Shown here one piece after another: positions 35,413 through 47,200 of a stretch of DNA of 64,000 nucleotides; position 1 is the first letter of the stretch, and the number at the start of each line of letters is the position of its first letter. A program made the translations under genes and the position numbers. Origin of the DNA: Eutreptiella sp. 'Long Island Sound 2002' (Eukaryota; Protista; Euglenida). Where the stretch lies: the NCBI GenBank assembly GCA_964036045.1, contig OZ038378.1:168330001-168394000 (forward strand), written 5' to 3'. Under the pieces are notes generated by a model. That model had not been told where the DNA came from. It did no database searches and saw only the letters and a program-made list of their open reading frames with translations.

Positions 35413-38400
35413 GCAACAACAACAACTCAGGAATCAACTGAGCGAAGAATGAATCCTTGAATACCATCCTATCCTGTGGTACAAATACTGGATCATATGG
35501 CACGGGCAGTTGTGCATTCCAAACATCCAACAACCAGAAGAAAGCGAGCATGCGATCACTGAAAAAATCAGTTCACAAGATGTGAAAATCAACGCAACAC
35601 GTGATGCGAGACATTCTCACAATCATTGGACGAAATGGGGACAAAAGGAATTTTTGTGATGGATAAGAAATCAAAAAAATATTCGCATGTGTTCAGGTTG
35701 GAACTGGCCCTACATGCCACCTACCACAATGACTCTTTTTCACATGGTTGGTTGGATGGGGCACCATTTATGGCATGTTCTGGAGGCTGACACCTGCCAT
35801 GACTGGGTTGCTTTGATTTGTCCGGTGCGGCCATCTAGGATCAAATTGCGTTGTACCCACTATGCGGGTGCCAAATGCTGACATATTCACTGGGTTGGAT
35901 CGGATACATCCTCACAACTCGTTCCGATGAGGTGCCTCCACTTTTACTCCGGGTTGGATTGACGTTCAGTGGTAGTGTCAACTCCCACTCCCAGGCAGCA
36001 ATCTCTGACACACCTTCAACACATGAGCAATCATGAAGCCATAAATCCCTTGAAGAAGAAAAATAAATGGTGTGATATAAGTCCATCCAGTGAACAGCCC
36101 CAGCGATCGTTGAGCATCTGATACAGTTAGCTGCCTGATTGCAACACCTATCACTGCATATAAGGGACACGTGGGCCAGACAAATGATGCTGTGCAAAAA
36201 CAGTGATAAGCTCACAAACTGGCAATTGTGCAAAAGCGTGACATAGCACATTTCGTGCAGACGACTTGAATGAGAGAATGCTGGAACATGCCAATCTGAC
36301 GTCGGAAAACGGCCGATCCAAACAAAGAAATGAATCAAAGGTCATATGTTGTGACACCACCAATCTTTAGTTGCCACTCTGCAGTCCCAAAAAAAAAAAC
36401 GTCTTGGGAGCCTCAGTAGTCGTTCGAAAGACAGTTGCATGTGACCACAAATCAGACCGTTCAGCTCACTGGAGGGCTCTGTTGCAAGAAGACGCGCCTT
36501 GTATGTTTTTCAACGGGAGGCATCAGCCTGCCGAAACGCGTTGCATGCAAGAGCAACTCGGATAGAGGAGGTATCATCGCAGCAAATACAGTGCCATACT
36601 GTTGAAGAAGATGCCGTAGGAATACAAATAGATGTTCTTCATGTAGAAATTCTCGGTATCGTCTTTTTTGTACACGTATTCAGTCCAAATATTTGCAAAC
36701 GATGAGAAGAGACACATCAACAGCACCAATGCAAATCCTATACATGTATGTGTCAAAGAGGGGTAAAATGTGCAGTGTGCAATGTGCAATGTGTAATTTT
36801 ATGAAAATGGAGCATGAAAAGGTCGCGGGATCTAAACTCCAGGCATCACTTGGCCATGGCCATTGACACTGGCCCTGCTGATGCGTGCACAGCACCACAT
36901 TGTGCATGCTCCGGGGAAAGCGGACTTTCAACTGCAGGGTTGTCACCCGAGCCCCCTGACCGGAACTCCCCAACCTTCATCCCCATTGACCATTGAAACA
37001 GCCTGGCAGGTGACCCAGGCATCTGGGTCATCTACCCAGATGCCAAATTCAAGCTGGTCTTCAAGCTGCAGCATCTCACTGGGGCAGTGCAATCAAAGAG
37101 CTGTTCTATGCCCCCTGTTACCTCTTGCACTGCATTGGCAATGGCTTTGCAACTCACAGGATCCCTGGGGAAAAAAAGCGTTCCGTTACCCCCATACTGT
37201 GAAAAAGCCATGTATGGCAGTTGGTTCCCAGCCTGGAGCCCTGCAAAATCCACATGCAACATCAAAAGGTGCAAATGATTCAATCAAATTCAGTTCTGAA
37301 GTGTTCAACCACCTGAATGTTCCTTGGTCAGTGGCACAGCTGTAGGGCAATGACCTTGAAGGTCACCAACATGACTTCAAAACACTGCATCAGATAACCG
37401 CAAGACAAAAAAATAAAGAAGTAGAGGGTCAAGCAACGCGGTTGGTCATTACAGATATCTCTCTGGGACATCCGTTCTATGCCAACACGGAGCGTTTTCA
37501 CATTTTTTCAGACTTTTCTCAACTTTTGGCGTACTGCACCAAAATGTCGTCACCTTGGGGGGGGTATGTGTATGCTTTTCGAAATCTGTGGGAAAACGCC
37601 GTTTCAGAAATGTATGGGTTGGGGGGGGTAGGTGGTCACAGTTTTGCGCACAGAGCTGTACAAGGGAGGACACACAGGGCACAGGCAATGGTCCAGGGAT
37701 CACTCATTATTCCGAATCCGATTCGTTGTCTGCAAGGGCCGGGACTCCATTGGGGCACACATCCCCGTGCTTGTGACTGGGAACATATTTCTTCAGTTTT
37801 TCCCAATCCTGCAGCCTGCGTGGCTTCACTGGTACCCACCCTGTGTTCAGGGGCATGGCCCACAGGCCGTCAGTTGTGGATAAAATGTCGTGCTCTGTGT
37901 GGGCGCATGCAGGCTGCTGTGACCCACCTGTACGAGGCTTTTTGGCGCGCGAGTCAGGCCGCCGCGTCACCTGCACCCAAGTTTCACCCCCAGATCGCGC
38001 TCTTTTTCGCACCAAAGGTTTCAGTGGCGCATCAGGGGAAGCAACAGCACGTTGTGTGAATTTGTATGAAGACATGGTGGCTGCCTGTTAGCAAAAATAG
38101 GCAGCAGGCAACACAGGCACTGTCCAAAGCGGAGAAAAATCTCAAACATGTCGTTAGCACAGCATGCAAACCTGGGGTGTTCCGAATAGCCCTTTTCAAG
38201 GGCTTTCCGAATATGCCCCACATACCCCCCCCAACCGGACACTCAGCGGGCACAAATGAGACCACAAAGGCACCAACCCCTGAAAACGCTCCGTGTTGGC
38301 ATGAAACCGCACGTCCCAGAGAGATATGACTATATATCTAACATGTTTGAGAAAGTTTTTGGGTGGTTGGGGTGGGGTATTTGGGGTCACACAAGGGTGG

Positions 38401-41400
38401 GAAGGGCTAAAATCAGGGCATGACATCACCGCAAATAGGTTCTTCACCAAACAACGCAAAACTGGAAAATAGGCAAAGGTGACCACAAAAATGGTAAATG
38501 GGGTGTAGGCGGGCCTTCCCCTCCCTAGTGGAGCAAAGGAATAAAGAATGGATGCAATGGGAGGTATTGACGGGTTTTGTGAGGCAAACAGCCTTGAAAT
38601 AAACACTGGCCCGAAGCTTTTTGGCCAGTGGCTAGTAGATTGTATATTTTGGTGTAAATTTTTGTGTTTTCCACCTTTTTCTGAGAGAAATCCAAAAAAA
38701 ATCTACCATTTTTCCTGCTTCATGCCTCTTTCTTCCTACCCGTTCCCCAAATGTTTTATAAGAAACAATTAGTCATTCATGCATATGACCTAGACACCAC
38801 CGACACCACTCTGCTTGAATGCTGTTTTTTTACAACTTTGGATGTGTGCTGTTTATTCTTGATTGTCATATGAACATCACTGTTTATTTTTTTTTTACAA
38901 CTCTGGATGAGAGCTGTTTAATCCTGATGGTGATCTGGCCATCACTGTTTATTTTTTTACAACTCTGAATGGGGGCTGGTTATTCCTGATTGTGATTTGG
39001 ACATCCCTGTTTGTTTTTTTCACAACTCTGGATGGGTGCTGTTTATTCCTGATTGTCACCTGGCCATCACTGTTTATCTGTTAGGGGAGCATAGCGCTGC
39101 ACGATTCCGTACACAATACTGAAAAGTGCCATAATCCCCTCCTGCACATTGACTGTGCTTGGTGCTGCAAATGTTTGCACCGCAGCAAGCACATCGGACG
39201 CCCGTGAACCCAAAGGTTGACAAATTGGGCGCGAGTGCCGTGGCTGTGCACTGTGAGCGCGCGGGTGAAGCCACCACAAGAGATGATGGTTCGTCGAACG
39301 TGAAGGCATAGCCGTCCCGAGTGGCGTTGGCTTTGGCAGCCCGCGTGACTTGAGTGTGCTGGATGCGTAGAGACCCTCCCTCCTCCGAACGTAAATAGCG
39401 GAGGGCCTCAGCAACGTTGGGGAAATGCATCCAAGCGACACCTTGGGGCGCAACAGGGCCAAGCGGCCGCACCCATATGTCGGAACCCATGTCAAGACTA
39501 ATCAAAAGAAAGAGGGGGGGTGCAATGATAGCGCAGGGGAAGGAAGGACACTCTTGTGAGCAACCTTGTTGTGCCCCCAAGTTTGGGGAGGAGGCCGCCC
39601 CTAGCACCGACATTTTTCTACTCTAAAATTTGTCTTCTCTTCTTTCCATACATTTTTCATTACCCTACCCCACCCGTTGATACCAACGTTGTTGTGCCAC
39701 CAAGTTTGAGGAGGAGGCCACCCCTGTCACCAACCCTCTTCTACCCCCAAGCTTTGCTCTTAACCATTCTCCTATGCATAGATTACCCTACCCCACCACG
39801 CGCGCGAAACTTGCCTTGACAACCATGTAAGTATGGCAACAATGTGAACAAAATGACAAAAAGCACGCAACTTGCAAGACAAAGAAGGTCAATTGCATCA
39901 TGAAATAGTGCAAACATAGCAATATACACCAATTCAGAACAAATTTACACCTGTAAACACTGTGGTGGCCCCAAAAGTGGCTGTTTTCGTAAAATTTACG
40001 CATATACGCGTAAATTTGCCATTTGGCCAGCGACCTGGCCAGCATTTAATTCAAGGCTGCAGGCAAAGACAGCTAGTTTTATAATTTTGAGGCTATTTTG
40101 CAGAATGATGTCACTCGGTAAGAACACCCCTTTTTTTGCAACTTCAAAGGCCCAAGATGAGGCCCCAGTCAGCCAGTGTGTCATATCCACCCCAAACCTA
40201 TTTTTTTTTGTAATTATCAGCCTCAAAATAGGGGGGAGAGGTCCATTATCCTAGTCAAAGCCTTGGCGCTTAATGGGGATGGGGGTGGGGGCGGCCCGTT
40301 GTGCCATCTATATATACCCAGATATTGATAAAAATGGCGGCACCACTGGTACCATAGCCCAAATTAGTACATTATTCAACTCATGGTCGCTATTGGTACA
40401 CTTGCTAAAACTGTGCCTTAACCTGCTGCAACAGGTCTACCTTCTTCCTGCTCACCGACAACTGATAGCCGGTGGTTCTTGCAAATTGCTTGAAACTCTA
40501 CCGTTGTACACTCATGCAGCATACCCTTTTCAAGTGCCCTCGAGACGACTACATCGGCATCATACTTAAACTACATGCGGTGTTGAGGAATGGGGTTAGG
40601 CCGGTTCACAAGTACCTTGGAGGTGTTGTCTGCACCTGCATCTGTGACCTGCGAGGTTGGAGGATCCAAATCCCCATTGCCACTATCCTCATCCTTGTCT
40701 TCCAAAACAACACCATACACATCCTCAATATTGGCACCATGACTTGCCCCTTTGGGAACCACCCCCTAAGGGAACCTCAACCTCCGCAACCTGATCCATA
40801 GGAACCCACAAGTCTTTAAAAGTAGCAAACCCAAGCAAACTTCTGCCCTCAACCTCAACCTCATGTCCCGGCTTTCAGGTCTGAGAACGAAAGGGATCTT
40901 GCCAAGCTCTTGGAAAACTTCAAATGGGCATCGGATGTTTGGGGAGGAATGGTTGCATAACCTTGCCATCTCGGGGGGCCCTATTTGGGGGGGAAAATGG
41001 AAGTGGCTCCATCACCCTTGCCTTCTCGGGGTCCCTGAATGGGGAGGAATGGCTGCACAACCCCTGCCGCCTTGGGGACCTTTGTGTGGGGAGGCAATGG
41101 AAATGGCTACATCTCCCCCGCCTTCTCAAGGTCCCCAAAGTGGCGAGGAATGGCTGCATAACCCCTGCATTCCTGGGGTTACCATAGTGGAGAGAAATCA
41201 ATATGGCTACATTTGTGCCATCTCGGAATCCCAAACGTGGGCAGGGAACAACATTGGCCTCCAAACAAAAATACACCAGGGGTGTCCTAACAAAAACAAG
41301 GTGACCTCTAGCAGAGAGCTCAAGGACCTCACCAAGTCCGCGATGCTTCACCACAAGCGGCCTGTAGGTGACACAGCGGCATTGTATTTCATGGCAAACA

Positions 41401-44194
41401 ACACAAAAGTGCAGAGTAGTGACCTTGTGTGGTGTGGCATCGCCAGTCAAAATGGCCAAAAACCTCCACAGACTGAAATCACCACTAATTGCTCTGCGCG
41501 GTAGCTAACCAGGTGTGCTGCCCCTGTGTGCACACCACAAAGCACACCCCATGTACCATGGCAGGTGAAACAAAAACGATGCGGTCCTCACGTGAGTTTG
41601 TGCCTTGGTATTGGCCTTGTGCTAGAGGGTCAGCATAACAGCATCTTTGCACCCTGCGATCTGGTGACCGCACACAGAATAGTTTTTTACGCCTAAAAAG
41701 TTAGGGACAGCTGCGTTACAGCCCGATTTGGGCCCTTGGGCAAGTCTTGGTGTCAGCGGCTACACGCTGGTGGCCCACAGGCTAGCACACCTCCCTATTT
41801 ACACCACCATGGTGCAGTGCAGTGCAGTGCAGTGCAGTGCAGTGCAGTGCAGTGCAGTGTGTCGTAGTGGCATGCGTAGTGGGGTTGACAATTATCCCAT
41901 ACCGGGGGGGGAATAATTTGAGGGGTTTTTTTTGGGAGGGCTAAAATTAGGGGGGGGGGATTTGGAACGGGTCCTCAAAGATGAAGGAAAAATTTGGTAT
42001 AAGGTCCCTTGCTGTTGCTTCCTAGTGGATGGCTACTGTTATTTCCTTGTGGCCTCTAGATGGTTGCTGATATTTCCTGATGGCCTCTGGATGGTGGCTG
42101 TTATTTCCTGGTACCCTGTGGATGGTTGCTGATATTTTTGTCTCCCCACACAGACATGGATCGTTTTGCTGTGCCCAAGGCCGCTGTTGAGGCCTCAGAT
42201 CTGCAACGACGTTTGCAACAAGCAGCGCAACAGTATCAACGCACAAGGGGAAGACCAGAGGAACAACAACCATCCAGAGGCCACCAGGAAATATCAGCGA
42301 CCATCCAGAGCCCATCAGCAGCAACCATCCAGAGGCCACCAGGAAATAACAGCAGCCATCCAGAGGCCACCAGGCATTTTTCATTGATGGCTGACCGGTC
42401 TGGGAAGGGGGAAGGGGGGGGGGGGGGGGCAATTGCAGGACCACTCCAGGTTGCGGAATCAAGGTTCAGAGCTGTCAAGTGCGGATCAGACACGTAGTCA
42501 GGATTAGTTGAGTCAGAAACTGGGTTGTGCAACAGGCACCATGACTGTGGGCTGAAAAACACAGTGGTGTGAAGACTGCGCAAAGCCCCTGCTGGACCAC
42601 TGTCCATCTGCCCACGACTCTCCTTCTGTGGTGAACATCGGCGGTCTTGAGGACCTAAGGAGAACGCAGTGTCAGTTGACACCACGTCTCATCTATGTTG
42701 CGCATTTACACTGCATGCAGTGCGCAGAAAACCCACCCCTCCTGCAGCCCATGCCTGGTGCACACATTTTGACACATCGCATCCTTAAAATTGAAGGAAA
42801 TATTTGGTACAAGGTAGGGCTTCCAAATTTGTCTACATCAAATTTGTCACCCCCTAAACCCCCCCCCCCCCCCGGTACCTTCTCCGGGGCCCACATGAGG
42901 GCATAAATGCTACGTAACCCCTGCGTTCTAGGGGGCCTCATCAACGGGGGCCATATGGTCAGCAACATATTCAGCATCATTCGGCATGAGCGGCCATATT
43001 GCTTTTGTGACCGACAAACAGGGACACTTTGCACGAGAGGGGAGGGGGGGGACGGTTTGTGGTGGTACGGAGGGCCAAACATCTGGCCGGACCCCTCGTC
43101 GTGGTATTGTCTCCAGCTCTGCAAGTGGGACCACCAGTTGGGGAGACCCCCAAATCAGTCACTGGTGAGTGGGCCACATGACACCCATCAATGATTCAGT
43201 GAGTGATGAACAACATCATCCTGCACCACGCGCACCGAGCAAGCCACCCACTGTACTTTGGCCACGGGACATGGCAGAGCAAAGCTGAAGGGTGGTTTGT
43301 GCACATCCCTCCCCTAACACATGGTGTTGCAATCACAGGTCTCTCCCTTGCTCATGCCGCTCTTGAGTTTTTGCCACCTGCCAGGGCAGAGGTTCAGCTG
43401 TACCCCCCCCCCCCTAGGGATTGCTGCGCGGTGAGCTGAGGGGCAACGGGGAGCACGTCAGTACGCGACAGCACAACCCCCCCCCCCCCCCCCCAGGAAG
43501 GCACCCCCCCCCCACCCCCCGGGGGACGGTTGCCAAGTGACGGTCCCCACCCGCCCCCCAGGGAGCCATACTACCACTGTACACACACACTGTGGCAGGT
43601 GGCTTGGCAGAAACAGGTGCTACGAATTATTTGGGAACGTACTTACCTCCGGGAATGTCCCTTGTGAGATACAGCTTGTCCCCAAAACTGTGTCCCATAC
43701 CCCACACACCGCGCGTTTTGGCCACACAATCTCCGTGTCAGAATTCAAATCATACTCATCCCAGGGGTAAACATGGTTGTGCAATCATGTGTCATTTCAG
43801 AGGAAATGATTCAAACTGTCGTGCTGCAGTACAGGGGATACAAATGGCTGTGCCTCACAACACATGGACCCTGAACACAACACAGTGACCCCCTGGGGAG
43901 GGTAATTCATTCGAATTTGGTTCCTGTGCACAGGTCGTCCTATGTCTATGAGTGATCCTGACGTGAAAATCTCTCTTGCTCAACAGTGCCAATATCTGTG
44001 CGTCTTGCGGACACCTTCAAAGGTGTCCGCAAGCCATGCTTGCCCGTAGGATTGGCATCTCTGCAGCAGCTTGATGACACTGGAGTCATGTTCACCAATC
44101 GACTGAGCGCCAACCGCTCTTCCTAAGTGCTGTGTCAGCCACCAAAAAAAGTCCTTCTTACATGCAATCTTGGGAGAAGCAGCAAACAACCCCA

Positions 44195-44226
<32 letters not shown>

Positions 44227-47200
44227 TGTTGTTGTGGAGGCGGACATGACCAACTGCATGCAATTCGTCCACAAGAGAAACATACCAAGAACGACAGTCC
44301 ACGATGAAAATATGCCGCCCACTTGCTCGATTGGCTCTTTCCCGGCCAAACACTGTTCGAGGGACTGAGCAAAAGGTGCGTGCCCTCCAAAAAAGATCCA
44401 CAGGGCAGGGGACGGCAGAGCTGGGCAGGTACGTGGCAATGACCCTTCCCTTGTTACTATGGACAAGAGAAAGATCCCATATTGACGCTAGTGTTTTCTG
44501 GCCACTTAATTCTGCTTCCAGGCAAGAGTTGATACCCCATTCCCTTCAAAGCCGTAGTCTCCAGGGGATACTCCTTCATCACCCCTGTCTCACAGTGGCC
44601 GCGTAATCCCGTATGGAAAAGAGAGTGTAGGGCTCTGAGGTCCTAAATTGTGACTTTTGTGTGCCGTTTTGGTTTGAGGGTCTGGAATGCTGCACGCATA
44701 TGCCATGGGCCCTGAGGAATATAACTCCTAAACCCCCATCCTTTCTCTGGGCAGCACTAAGGGGACCGGAGCCGAAGCAATGCAATTTCGTGGTGGTGTA
44801 CTCGGGTTGTGGGGGCTGTTTTTTGTTGACAACACCTAACTGAATCACTTTTCAATTATCCGTCCCGACCAAATGCAAAAATATGCAACCGCAATAGCAC
44901 CCAATCACATGCTTCACAAACAAACACGTGCCCAGGGACTAAAACTTCCCTTACCGTCCGTTTTTATTATCTGGAAACAACCCACCAGTCAGGGATGTGA
45001 AACAGACAGAGCCGAGCTCTCAGGCGCGCCCGCAGAATTGCGGCGCAACCGCATACTTTGATGCAACAAAAAACTTACCGCCATGCCTTCCTTTCCTCCT
45101 TGCAGCTGTGATGCGATGGGAAAAATTGGGCCACAGCTGTTGACATCAAGCCAGCCTTCTGGAGAAACCCACCATGCCTTAGAAAAAGTACCCAGCCTTC
45201 TGGATACGTGCACCGACAGTATAGAAACCATCAGGAGAGGTGACACATGTGATTGCACGGCTTTCTAATCATCGTTGTGTATCTGCGGTGGAAGACAAAT
45301 ACGAAACGCGACTCGCGCAAGCAAAAGCAGGGTATGGCAATTTTCTTCTCCTGGGATGGGGCGCAAAGCCAGGCATCGCACGGCGGAGCCATCAAGCGAC
45401 CTCCCGGTTGCGGTCAGCAAAATCGTGGCGAAAACACAATCTTTCAAGCGAAATTGCAATGGATTCCCCTGCCGGATGCCTTTTCCGTCTGGACGCACTT
45501 TTTGCATTGCTGTGTCACCCACCTAATCTTCGCCGTTTGCCTTTTGACACTCCAAATATTCATTGTTTACACAGTCTACTGATGCACTTGAGGAGTCTTG
45601 GATTGCTTCAATCCGGACGTCGAGAAGAACAGTCGCCTCAACATCCTGTTGTCATACAGTTGTGCCGCACATACGCCTTTCATGAGAGTGTGAGGGAGTT
45701 CAAAACCTTGGTACCCATATCTGCAACGCAAACCTGACCACGTTGGCGAAGAAGCTGGAAAAACTGCCCCTTGTACGACAAACCGCCCGTCTTCGCTGTT
45801 CTCGGGCTCGCAACAGCACCCGTTGTCCTTCTGTCGTCCTGACCTTCAATTCGGAAGGCACGAGGCACTCCATCACAACCAGCCCAGTGCGCAGGTGCAA
45901 AGATGTTTCAGAACAGACAAGCAACACAGACCTTGCCGTAAATATCCGACTGCTGCGTGACGATCAATCCCACGAAAAGCAACAAGATAGAATACCATTG
46001 ATTGTTTGTCAATATTTGCTTCAGGAAAGTGCGGAACAGAATGGCGGTGATTGGGACTTTGAGTGCATTGAACAAATGGAACTTGATGGGCCCGATGAGG
46101 CCAATCACCTGCAACGCAAACACAACGAGTCGAGGGGGGCGAAATGATGTTGCAGGAGGGAGAAGCCGGAATCATCGAAACCCCATGCCATGGGCCATCA
46201 CAAGCCACACCATGAATCCGTCTATGTGGCTGGGGTGAGAGAAGAATTTTTGAACGGCATGCAACACCCACCGGATCTTGGCGGGACCTTTGGGGGATCT
46301 TGGGGGCATCTTGAGGGGATCATGAGGGGATCTTGGAGGGTTCTTGGAGGATCTTGGGGGGATCTTGGGGGGATCTTGGGGGGACCTTGGGGCCCAGTAG
46401 CTTCCACGGAGTGGTCTCTAGGCCGATTCATACCGACTTGTCCAAGCCGGAAGAAATGCACGCACCACCTAGAGGTGGTGGCGACGTAACGGGCAGCGGG
46501 GGTACGAGCAACGGTACTTTGAAACTAATCGGTGGAGTGCGATGCCGGTTGACGGTGATGCTCGCAGTGGCTTCATTGTGGGGTTGTTTGTTTTTTGTGG
46601 AGGGTGCCCTCCCCGCGCCCCCTGTGTGACATTCCGTCTGGTTGTTGCTCCTTTACGGGGCCCTGGACGGTCACCCGTTCTTCCCTTCGCATGTTGCGTC
46701 GGGTCGCTGCTTTCTGTCGGCCGCTGCGGCCGGTGCTCTTGCTGGTGTCGTTTCCGCATTCGCGGAGTCCAGTAGTTGGTGTGTTGGGGCTGTGCTGAAT
46801 GTGGCATGGTGTGCCGTTTGCGCGTCAGCGGCGCCCAATAATTGGCGTATGTGCTGGTTGTGCTGGTTGTTGCCGGGGTCGTTTGACTGTTTTTGCTGTC
46901 CACACACCTCTGTCCACAGGCCGTCCATAGCTTGCCTCGCTGTGTTTCTGTGAGGCCCAGGTGCCCTGTTCCTCCACGCGCTGTCCGGGCTGTCCACCAC
47001 ATGTGCTTTTCCCCCTCACGGCTGGTCTGCCCCTAATGGGCTCCCGCTCCTGTTGCGCAAACAGCCCATTTGGGCTGCGGGAGACACCCCACACCTGATG
47101 CCGGTTGAGCAGAGGTTGCCCTGGCACCCGGTAGCGACGGGACTGGCTGGCCAAGCCATCCCCTTTAACGTCGCTGCCTCCCATGCGCACGCTCCACCAT

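Noticed and set aside
38822-39076. Regularly spaced repeats resembling a CRISPR array (also 42011-42374)
   Set aside because: Head-to-tail degenerate units without unique spacers, in a eukaryotic intron, with no cas genes
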